Shown here piece after piece: positions 51,079 through 61,672 of a DNA stretch of 64,000 bases (the stretch's first letter is position 1; every line of letters begins with the position of its first letter). The stretch is taken from the NCBI GenBank assembly GCA_030324005.1, contig JARDVH010000132.1, forward strand, positions 80,183,156-80,247,155. The letters run 5' to 3'. The notes under the pieces were generated by a model. The model was given only the letters and a program-made list of their open reading frames with translations. It made no database searches and was not told the DNA's origin. The position numbers were made by a program, and so were the translations under genes. This DNA comes from Negaprion brevirostris (taxonomy: Eukaryota).

Positions 51079-51307
51079 GTATGTATCTAGTCACTGACAT
51101 TATGCACCTAACTCCTATCTGTAAAACAAAATATATGAATAATACAACAACACAAAAGCAAAATACTTTGGATTCTGTGAAATATGTAATAAAAATAAAA
51201 AATGCTGGATATACTCAGCAGGTCAGGCAGCATCTGTGGAGAGAAAAAAATTAACCTTGCTAAACATTATTAGAACTGGGTATGAATATTACTTGTGCAT
51301 TGTACAG

Positions 51308-51562
51308 TCCATAGGAAACATCTACAAAGGTTTGGCACAGACCGGTGCTTGGGGCTGCTTTGATGAGTTTAATCGGATCTCCATTGAAGTTTTATCAGTT
51401 GTTGCAGTNNNNNNNNNNNNNNNNNNNNNNNNNNNNNNNNNNNNNNNNNNNNNNNNNNNNNNNNNNNNNNNNNNNNNNNNNNNNNNNNNNNNNNNNNNNN
51501 NNNNNNNNTGTTGCAGTGCAGGTCAAAACAATACAAGATGCCATTAAAAACAAGAAAAAGAG
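51308..51562 (+). CDS. DNAH11: DNAH11 exon N, AAA1 Walker B ([24 protein letters not shown]...AIKNKKKR); split by an artefactual N gap, true length 146 nt
   Basis: tacag acceptor, AG|gtgagc donor; the 9-nt flank tgttgcagt is repeated on both sides of Ns 51409-51508, and merging gives VLSVVAVQVKT. Confidence 0.93.
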
Positions 51563-51647
51563 GTGAGCACAACATAATAAAAGAACAGTTTTGTTGTCAT
51601 CATTTATTAATGCACACTGATTTAGACAGTTTATTTATTGTTTGCAG

Positions 51648-51764
51648 ATTTATTTTTCTTGGGGAAGAGATTTCTTTAAAACCTGCTGTTGGCATATTTA
51701 TAACGATGAATCCCGGTTATGCTGGTCGAACAGAGCTCCCAGAAAATCTTAAAGCACTTTTCAG
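51648..51764 (+). CDS. DNAH11: DNAH11 exon O ([39 protein letters not shown]), GC donor
   Basis: tttgcag acceptor; 117 nt; sensor [10 protein letters not shown]; the phase of the next exon requires AG|gcaggt. Confidence 0.92.
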
Positions 51765-52887
51765 GCAGGTGAAGTTACCTCTTTTGAGTACTGCTGATGA
51801 AAGTGCCTGCTGACTACAGATATCAACTCTAAGTATTACAACAAAATCACTGTGATTTCCTTTGGAAGTGCTATCCTGAGGGAATCCACCTAATGACTTC
51901 ACTATCTAATATATTTACTGAAAAAAAGACTGGCCCAGATTCTATTGGGCCAATGAGGGACTCATTTAATGATCAGAAAATCAGTTATGAGTCCCCATGA
52001 GAGCCTGGGGCAAATCCAATGGAATCAAGCTTCTTTCAACATTTAAATAGCCACAGTCTGGTCTTCCTCCAATTGAGGGCCATAGTAGCAGAGGTCCCGC
52101 CCACTGAGCTGCTAGCCAATCAGAGGTTAGCAGCTCTTCATGCCACCAACAGAATCAAGGGCAGGGGGTTGGCTTTCAACATGCAAATGCTGCCAATGTT
52201 GATCCCCTTGATTGGTTAGTTAAAAAATAAAACTTATTTGAATGTAGGCAGCAAACTACAGCTCCAAATGAATACTGCACTAGCTGTAGATTTCTGGCTA
52301 TGGAAGGACTGGAAATCAGTTTCCATTCTTGGATCAGTTAGATCCAACAGGATCTGGCCAAACACCAAGTGTCAGTGGGCTACAATATTTGTTGAGTATC
52401 TGAGAGGCTGCTGGCAAACCTGTCAATGTTTGCCGGCATCCTGCGGAGGTTGTGGGAAAGCCATGCAATTGGCTCAAGGATAATGGGTATTCATCGGTTG
52501 ATTAATGAGGATAATTGATATCTTGCAGCTGGGAATCTCACTGCTGCCCTCTAATCTAATCAGCGGAGGTTTTGCCACTGCTGGTTACTGGCACTGGGGT
52601 TTACCCCATGTGTAAATGTTCCCAGTAAAAAGTCTGACAACACCAGGTTTTAGTCCAACCGATTTATTTGATAATAGATTCACAAGCTTTCGGGGTTAGT
52701 CNNNNNNNNNNNNNNNNNNNNNNNNNNNNNNNNNNNNNNNNNNNNNNNNNNNNNNNNNNNNNNNNNNNNNNNNNNNNNNNNNNNNNNNNNNNNNNNNNNN
52801 NGAAATATTGGCCACCAAATCACTAAATGCAGCATTTTGAATAAAAGAAACTTTTCAATCTAACCTGCTTTAACAAAAATGAATATA

Positions 52888-53013
52888 GGGCAGGATTTTC
52901 CAGCTGTGAATGCCCCAAGACTGGAAAATCCCACCAGGGGTCAACAGACCTTTGCATGACCTGTATCCTGCTCACTACGATTCTTGTGACGGGTGCGACA
53001 GGAAAATTCTGCC
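52888..53013 (+). mobile_element. About 125-bp MITE-like element
   Basis: Terminal inverted repeats ggcaggattttcc / ggaaaattctgcc. Confidence 0.6.
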
Positions 53014-53219
53014 AATAATCTTTGTGTCTAAAGCATAATGTGTTTTTAAAGTGAACCATGCACTTTTGGAGGTAATTTTGACTTCCACCGATAGAGTGTC
53101 ACAGGTGATATCGGGTTAGCCATCATACATCACTTTCGATTTTCATCTCATCGGGAGAGTTGTAAAATAGGGAGCTGATTCTCTGTCGATCAAAATCAGA
53201 ATGATCCCCTTTGAGTATT

Positions 53220-53290
53220 GAACAAAGAACAATACAGCACAGGAAACAGGCCCTTCAGCCCTCCAAGCCTGCGTTGCTCATAGGTCCAAT
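53220..53290 (-). mobile_element. Extremely 5'-truncated CR1 tail (about 70 bp)
   Basis: Reverse complement of the tail at 34195-34265. Confidence 0.75.
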
Positions 53291-53314
53291 TTTGTTTCGC
53301 TGACCTCTAGTCTA

Positions 53315-53658
53315 GGGGGCGATTCTCTCAAGAGTGCTGAATTTGCGAGAAAACTGATGTATATCACAACTGTTTCTTCAGTTCAACTTCAGACCTGAAT
53401 CTCCCCACACTGTGTGCGATGCAGAGGTCACAATCATGAATCTCGTTAAAAGCTCAGGGGGCGGGGCCTATTCACACTGGAATCTGACAGTTCCGGAACT
53501 CTGTGCATGTGCAGTGGCCCAATCTGTCAGTCTCCCTGTTTGTTGGCCAGCTCGATTGCTGGCCGCCATCCCCCCCACTTCTTCAAAATGGCCAACACAC
53601 GATTCTCCCATTCTGGTGTGCCAAAAAATGTGCACATCAGAATAGGAGAATCACCCCC
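53315..53658. mobile_element. About 340-bp MITE-like element (possibly PIF/Harbinger-derived)
   Basis: Terminal inverted repeats gggggcgattctc / gagaatcaccccc. Confidence 0.6.
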
Positions 53659-54883
53659 CAAGTTTCCCCTTGTGATCCTGATTCCAAGTCCTTTTAAATG
53701 AGGATGCCTTGTAGCAAAATCAGCTGCTCACGGCCAGGTATATTTATTACGGTGCCTAATTCCAGGTGAACATATTGGGCTCAGTGTGATGGGGAGAATG
53801 AGGGCAGAGTGTGCATTTATTGGTATCACAGACTCATCATGACTGGCAGGCCACAGCTGTGACTGCTGGCCATCCCTAAGGGCATTTGCCCCTCACCAAT
53901 TATAGAAAGACTGCAGTGGCCTTTTTGAAAAGTAAAGGTCCACTTTGCTTCACTTGCTATCTCTATGTTCACGCAATCGCTCCCAGATTGGCTGCTGGGT
54001 CTACAGTTTGTAGAGAGCCACCCATTGGCCCTCCAGTGTCAGGAACACATCTGCTATCAAATCATTTACTGCAGGCTAAATGGCAATGCCACAGAATTTG
54101 GACATTTTAAAACAACTTTGACCCATGGAATGCTGTTATGTATCAATAATAGTTATTTAAGTAAATATTGTATAGAATTATTTAGATAAACAGCATAGAA
54201 ACTTGCCTTTCAGCTCAACCGTTCTTTGTGTGGATCTCCTCCCATTCCATCTGTCTCAGCGCAGCTTTTCATCATATCTTTCTATTCCTTTCTCTCTCAT
54301 GTACTTACTCCTCTAGCTTCTTTCTGAAGACACCTAAACTGTTTACCTTAACCAGTTGTTGTAGTAACAAGTTATCCACTTTTGGAGTAATTTCTCCTTA
54401 TTCCCATTAGTTTTTCTATTTATGGCTCTAATTTTGGATTGTCTCACATATTGGAAACATTATCTCTGTAACCATTCTGTCCAGCCTAAAGAGCTCGATC
54501 AGAACGTCCTAACTCTTACCTTTTCTAAAACCCCATTAGCTGTTCTAAATAATGTCAGATCTGATAGCATTCTTGTTTAAAAAAAGAAATTGAACTTTCT
54601 CCCATACTTCTGTTTCCTTTTTATAGAAAGTGCATCAAACTCACTAATTAATAATATTTAGAACACTATCTGTATCTATCAAGTGTGGAGTTGATACTTC
54701 ATTGACATACGAGGTTTAGCGTAAAGTGTGCATACAGCAGCTGAGTAACTGACTTCTGTGTAGCGGCGTATGGAGAGAGTGCATGCATGCATGTGCAATG
54801 TATATAGAGATTCCATAGTTACAGTTGTGTGTTCATGTGTAAAGTGGAATTACAATTAACTTTGTCTTGTGCTTCTTTTTTAG

Positions 54884-55022
54884 GCCCTGTGCTATGGTTG
54901 TCCCTGATATTGAACTGATTTGCGAGATTATGCTGGTTGCCGAAGGGTTTTTAGATGCCAGGTTGCTGGCCAGGAAGTTCATCACTTTGTATAATCTTTG
55001 TAAAGAGCTGCTGTCAAAACAG
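54884..55022 (+). CDS. DNAH11: DNAH11 exon P ([17 protein letters not shown]...KELLSKQ)
   Basis: ttttag acceptor, CAG|gtgttt donor, 139 nt. Confidence 0.95.
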
Positions 55023-55368
55023 GTGTTTTTTTTAACAAAAACATCCCTTTGGCTGATACGGATTTTCAGAATCATTGTTTGCTTACAATATTTGATGTTT
55101 TGCATGGAAACATTCTAATTTTGACCTGGCATGAATGTTAGGGAGTCATACACAATGTGTGCCAGAGCTTCCGACGTGTTCCAGCTGATGGGATACCCTG
55201 CCGTTAGAAAATCAGAAAATTACTTCTTAAATGCTTAAATTCATCATGCTGCATTTTAATGTGAAATTATATACTTCTGATGCTAACTTTAGGTCAGAAA
55301 TTTTCTGAGAGTTTCTTCTCCACNNNNNNNNNNNNNNNNNNNNNNNNNNNNNNNNNNNNNNNNNNNNN

Positions 55369-55650
55369 CTCAGCACCAGGGACCCGGGTTCAATTCATAG
55401 CCTTGGGTCACTGCCTGTGCGGAGTCTGCGCGTTTTCCCTGTGTCTGCATGGGTTTCCTCCAGGTGCTCCGGTTTCCTCCCACAGTCCGAAAGACGTGCT
55501 GGTTAGGTGTGTTGGCCATGCTAAATTCTCCCTCTCTGTACCCAAGCAGGTGCCAGAGTGTGGCAACCAGAGGGTTTACACAGTAACTTCATTGCAGTAC
55601 TAGTGTAAGCCTACTTGTGACTAATAAATAAACTTTAAAATCTTTAAAAT
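55369..55650 (+). mobile_element. V-SINE-type element, tail type B
   Basis: Core plus cacagtaacttcattgcag...aataaataaacttt tail. Confidence 0.8.
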
Positions 55651-56542
55651 CACTTTAAAGTGCAACAGAAATCCCATAAAATGGGCTTTGCTGCATTTCT
55701 GATGTATGGTGCTGTGGGACCAAGTCTGAGGAGATATTTGACCTAAGCCTGTACATGTTAATAGCGGTATATTCTGTCAGCAGCTATTGGAAGTTAAAAT
55801 TGAGATATTTTAAAGGTCAACTGACACGGTCTCGTGTTTTGAAACAACAGATTTATTTAAAATGAAGCATTTCAAATAAATGCGTGACCAGAGGTCGTCA
55901 TGCTTGTGTGCCGTACAACATCGCCCAGAATAATGAAAAATAGTGAGAAAATGTCATGGCAACTGCATGCTTTCATTGCCCACACTGAAGCTGTCGGTAC
56001 TCATGATGCCATGTATTATAAACAGGAAATTAGATGAAGATTAAAAATTCCAAAAAGGGAAAAGATTTCCATTAGTACTAACCGCCCACCATCCTGATAA
56101 TTATAGAGAACTAAAATGTCAGCCTTGTCAGCAAGCATTTAAAACCAGAATTCCAGCAACAAAAGGCCTCAGTCTAGCAGTGTTATTTGCCATGTCACTG
56201 TATGCTTCGGAATTTAAGGTATAAACTGATTAACAGTGGAAAAAATCTGCACGAATTGTTGAAAAAAAAAGTTGACAGTGGTGTGGAAAGTATAAAATAA
56301 CCCAGTAAGACTACTTTGCTATTTTAACTTTGATAGCACATACTGTCTCCCTTGAGAAATTCCTGTTGAATTTCAAGAGAATTATAGAATAATGTGATAT
56401 CAAACTCATATTCAGTGTGCATTTTGATTGAAATACTGTGATGGGTAGCTTAATGATGCAATGCATTGGAACCTGTGCTTTCCTTTTGTTGTATCCTCAT
56501 AGTGCGGAAGTCCATGGTTTGTCCATATTGTGAAGGCCACAG

Positions 56543-57360
56543 ACCATAAGAAATAGGAACAGGAGTTGATTATTTGGCCCTTTGAGTCTGTTCCACCGTT
56601 CAATAGGATCATGACTGATCCGACATTCCTCATGTCCACTTTCCTGCCCTTTCCCCGTAACCTTTATTGATCATAAAAATATTTATCTCAATCTTAAATA
56701 TACAAAATGACTTTGTCCCCTTCCTCAGTTCTCTGTGGCAAGGAGTTCCAAAGACACTCGACTCTCTGAGAGAAGAAATTCTTTCTCATCTCAGTTCTAA
56801 ATTGACGCCCCTTTATTCTGAGACTTTTCTGGTCCTAGACTCTCCCATGAGGGGGAACATCCTCTCAGCAATTACCCTGTCAAGCTCCTTAAGTATCCTA
56901 TATGCATCAATAATAGCACTGAAACACATAGGACAGCACTTCTCATTCTAATGAGTAGAGTCCCAACCTGTTTAACTGTTCCTCTTAAGACAATCTTTCC
57001 ATACCAGGGATCAATCTGCAGTTTTTCTCCATTTAAGTAAGACTCTGTTCCTCTGTTTCTCCTTCCAAACGAACAATTTCACGTTTTCCCATATTATACA
57101 TTCGCAACATCTTGCCCACTTAGCCCATCAACATCTCTTTGTAAACTGTTTGCATCCTTCTCACAGTTTGCCTTTCTATCTATTTTTATGTCATCTGCAA
57201 ATTTGGCTACAGTACATTTGCTTCCTTCCTCCAAGTCATTAATATATATTGTAAACAATTCCAGTACTGATCCCTGTGGAATCCCACTGGCTACAGGTCG
57301 CCAACCTGAAATAGAATCCCTTATCCCCACTCACTGTTTCCTGTCCATTAGCAAATTTTC
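56543..57360 (-). mobile_element. Degraded CR1 LINE
   Basis: SGIPQGSVL...AKFADD RT motif; reverse tail cataagaaataggaacaggag. Confidence 0.8.
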
Positions 57361-57774
57361 TACCAAATTCCATCTCCACTATCAGAGCAAGTTGCTGAGT
57401 TGATGCTTTTCAGTGGGAGGGAGAGAAAGTTCAGAATTATCTACATATTACATCCTTGGAACATGAATGCTTCACCCCTTGCCCTCCAACCTCAAATTCA
57501 CCAGTTTAAAATGGGACTCACCTGTCTTTGCACATGTGAATCCTGTGAACTATTGCAACATCATTAAAGGAAGTATTGTGTAACACTGAACTGTTCTCAG
57601 ACAGGGGATTTGGGGAATGTTGGGGGGTCGGAGAGGGGAGCTGGCACGATGAGTCATGCTTCACAGCTAGACAAAAATCAAGGTTTACGACTAATTTTTA
57701 CTTGGTTATGTTTCTTCATAAAGAAGAAGAAAGGTAATTCATTGCTCACAAGATTCACCTTGTTTCTTGTTAAG

Positions 57775-57867
57775 GACCATTATGACTGGGGTCTTCGTGC
57801 GGTCAAATCTGTTCTAGTTGTTGCTGGTTCCCTTAAGAGAGGAGACAAGAATAGGCCAGAAGATCAG
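57775..57867 (+). CDS. DNAH11: DNAH11 exon Q ([14 protein letters not shown]...NRPEDQ), AAA1 sensor II
   Basis: ttaag acceptor, CAG|gtaatt donor, 93 nt; HYDWGLRA motif. Confidence 0.96.
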
Positions 57868-58247
57868 GTAATTTAAAATTAATAAATCATGCAGTCTCCT
57901 TCAACCTATCCTAAATCGGCCAACAAGTTCAGAGAAATCAGAATCTTATGACAAGCTTTTGTGATTTATAGCTTGTGTTGTGATTCAAAATCAAACATTT
58001 TTGTAGTAAAGTTATTCAAGAATAAAGAATTTCTTTATTACTCTAATAGTAACCCAAAGTTATTAAATATTTCATTTAAAATATATTTTCATTCTATTTT
58101 TCCTTTGTTTTCTACTTTTTTTTGGTCCTATGTTTATTTAGAATTTAATTGTATTCATAATCTAACTGAGAGACTTGACCTACCTAAACTAAATTTATTT
58201 ATCTCATTTTTATACATGAAATTTGTAAGTTACTTTGAATACACTAT

Positions 58248-58545
58248 TGTGGTGGCACAATGGCGTAGTGGTTAGCACCACTGTCTCACAGCTTCAGGGA
58301 CCTGGGTTCGATTCCCAGCTTGGGTGAATCTCTGTGTGGAGTTTGCACATTCTCCCCATGTGTGGGTGGGTTTCCTCTGGCTTCTCCGGTTTCCTCCCAC
58401 AGTCTGAAAGATGTGCTGGTTAGGTGCATTGACCATGCTAAACTCTCCCTCAGGTGCCAAAGTGTGGCGACTAGGGGATTTTCACAGTGACTTCATTGCA
58501 TGTAAGCCTACTTGCAACTCTAATAAATAAACTTTAAACTTTACT
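58248..58545 (+). mobile_element. V-SINE-type element, tail type B
   Basis: A/B boxes (tggcgtagtggt, ggttcgattcc), core, (taaactt)n tail. Confidence 0.82.
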
Positions 58546-59177
58546 TACTATCCAAGATCAATTGGCTGAAAGGCTTAAAGTTCATTTTCTGTAATTGAAA
58601 ATGAGATTCCAAAGATAGATATGCTTGAGTCCAAAAATAAAATGTTGATGCCACATCAGCATTCCACGTAAGTGAGGCTGAAAAGGCATGAGTAAGTAAA
58701 TCTGCAGAGAGGTTCAAATCTATATGCAACTTTAACGTACTGAAAGAAAATTACAGCCATGGAAAATTGTATTTTATCTTTCAAAAGACTATGATATTTA
58801 ATTCAAACAAGTAACCTGCATTGTTCACATTAGTTGTTGCACCAGCAGAACTTCAGGAGGACGGGACTAATGTTAATTACAAAGTTATCCCCCTGATTCT
58901 GGCTGATACAGGTTATAAGTCACCTAAATGATTCTTGTGGCTGCGATAAAGACAATATACTGTAGATGCTGAAAATCAAAAACAAAAACAGAAGGTGCTG
59001 GAGAAGCNNNNNNNNNNNNNNNNNNNNNNNNNNNNNNNNNNNNNNNNNNNNNNNNNNNNNNNNNNNNNNNNNNNNNNNNNNNNNNNNNNNNNNNNNNNNN
59101 NNNNNNNNNNNNTGTCAGACCTGCTGAGCTTCTCCAGCATTTTCTGTAATTTCTGGGGTTCCCTGACTTCCACAAGA

Positions 59178-59272
59178 GGATGTTTCTAGAAAGCGTGACC
59201 AGGAATTTGAACAGTTGGTTGGGCAGTTTGTTTTGGAGCAGTCAACAGCACAAAGAAAGTTTTATTCTTGAG
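59178..59272 (+). pseudogene. Decayed intronic duplicate (pseudo-exon) of the 3' half of DNAH11 exon R
   Basis: Aligns to 59791-59887 with a 2-nt deletion and a lost GT donor. Confidence 0.85.
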
Positions 59273-59692
59273 ATGTGCAAAATAGCCTATAACATACCAG
59301 GTTTATTCGAATTATTGTAAATAAATATGTATATAAAATATATTATATATAGATGTACATTATACCATGGCTCATGCTATTAATGGCATTGAGATTTTTG
59401 GCCTGCTAAGACATAAAGACTCTCTCTGCCACCCTTTGTACATTAATAATTCTGCTTATATTTAGGCAACATTTGTTATGTCCCTTGTCTTCCCATCTCT
59501 TGAATGAGAAATCTGGAAGTGACAAGGACAAGTAGAGAACCATCAGAGTTTCCAGCAAATAAGTTTCTGCCCCGTTTGACTGGAATTAATCCAGCTCTCT
59601 GGTATAACTTCAATAAAAAATTGGGGTCTTTTTCTTATATCATTGCAATGAAATGACACAATTAGCTTGTAACAAGTTACTTCTTTTCCAAG

Positions 59693-59887
59693 GTGTTGAT
59701 GCGTGCCTTAAGGGACTTCAATCTACCAAAGATTGTGACAGATGATGTGCCCATATTTATGGGACTAATTGGTGACCTATTTCCTGCCCTGGATGTTCCT
59801 AGAAAGCGAGATCAGGAATTTGAGCAGATGGTTAGGCAGTCCACTCTGGAACTGTGCCTGCAGCATGAAGAAAGCTTTATTCTTAAG
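59693..59887 (+). CDS. DNAH11: DNAH11 exon R ([15 protein letters not shown]...EESFILK)
   Basis: ttccaag acceptor, AAG|gtatga donor, 195 nt; GDLFP motif. Confidence 0.95.
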
Positions 59888-60315
59888 GTATGAAATCTTT
59901 CATCTTGATAAAAACACTTTTTCTCACTTTTTCATTGAACTAGGAAATTTAGACAAGTTGATTGTTGAATTGTACTCTGCTAAATCTGTCTGCCAATTCA
60001 CAATTTTCCCATTGTGCTTTCATAGGTTAGTATTTGAATACTAATGACTCTGAGGTGATTTTCTACCTTTTTAAAAAAATCAGGAGATATGATTGCAAAG
60101 CACAAGGAAACTGTCAGTGACTATTTGTTCCTGTGTTAACACATTTGTAGAATGTTACAAAAAGAAAGGATTGTACTTAATGGGACCTATAAGACAAGAG
60201 AAATGATGGGTGGAGTGACTTAATTAGGTGGGAGCTGAAATTTTCCAACAGCAGTTTGAGATGCAGAGGTGAAATCAGTGGTGGCAGTGACAGATTTCAT
60301 ACCACCCAGTGGGAG

Positions 60316-60580
60316 GTTCCAGGGCCCCAGGTTTAATTCCCACCTCAGGGCACTGTCTGTGTGGAATTTGCACATTCTCTCTGTGTCTGCGTGGGTTTCC
60401 ACCCACTCCAAAGATGTGCAGGTTAGGTGGATTGGCCATGCTAAATTGCCCCTTAGTGTCAGGGGATTAGCAGGGTAAATATGTGGGATCACAGAAATTG
60501 GGGCTGGGTGGAATTGTTGTCAGTGCAGACTCAATGGACTGAATGGCCTCCTTCTCCACTGTAGTGATTCTGTGATTCTT
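60316..60580 (+). mobile_element. HE1-like V-SINE, tail type A, 5'-truncated
   Basis: Core and tail gaatggcctccttctccactgtagtgattctgtgattct. Confidence 0.8.
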
Positions 60581-61618
60581 GTAATACATTTGTATGCTAT
60601 TACTTATTAAAATGTTTTGTAATTATATTGTTCCCTCCAAGATGGCGGTGCACAGTAATCTTGTGACATCTGATTCACATTCCTTTAAATGTAGCTTTCA
60701 GTTGTGTCTGAGGTCAGGAGTTTTCTTTGTTGAACTCTGCAGCACAAGTGATCCAAGGGAGGACAGAGGTTAAGGTTGAGAGCGTGTAGGAATGAAGTAG
60801 GATGGTCTTGGCACACTGGATGTGTTGGGGAGCCTTTGTGGTGAGATCGGTGACTTGGAGAATTGAAATCGGAAAGGTTTGACATATGGGGTGTTGTGGG
60901 GGAGGGATTGGTGGCACCAGTCAGTCAATGAACATGAGAAGTACAAAGGGTAGGGTCAGTACTGCCCACATGTGAATCCACCGCAGAATGTTATTTGACA
61001 AAAGAAACATTCACAGGCACATGGGGAGATTGACATGGTAGGGGGCAGGTCTAGTCTGAGCATGGCATCTAATAAAAGCTCTAAAGTTTTTTGTGGAGAG
61101 GGTCTAGGATCAGAAGGAGAACTTTGATGGGGACCCGTATAGGCTCAGGGGAACAGAGAAGGCATCTCCAATTGAGACTAGGATAATGGCTGAGAGGGTA
61201 GGGGGAGGGGGGGTGGAGTTGAAACATTACAGTGGGAAGGTACAAAATAGTGATGGTCAATAAGAATGAGAGGGACAAACATGAACATGACTGGAGGAGG
61301 GCGGAGCATAATGGTTTCTGACATAAGCCTGAAAAGTGGCATTTCACAATATCTTTAAAAGTATGTGCGGTGCCAGGATTGGAAGTCACAATGGGAGCTA
61401 GATGGAGTCTACTGGGTGGAGTTATGATTGTGGACAGTGGATTTTCCGTGGGTGAAATCCATGGACACGTATCCGCCTTCCTCACACGCTTAAATTAGTG
61501 AACTACCTGTAGGTCTCATATATCAGCAGCGGAGAGGAAATGCCAAAGGAAGGCTCTTTATGGTTAACAGCTATGCCAACAGTAGGCAGCACCAGAGGGA
61601 GAGCTTGGTCAGGTTGCA

Positions 61619-61672
61619 GCCACCCAGGGAAAACCTGGTTCCTGCCACCCAGGGAAAACCTGGTTTCTGCCA
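61619..61672 (+). repeat. Two-copy 25-bp tandem repeat
   Basis: gccacccagggaaaacctggtt(c/t)ct twice. Confidence 0.75.
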
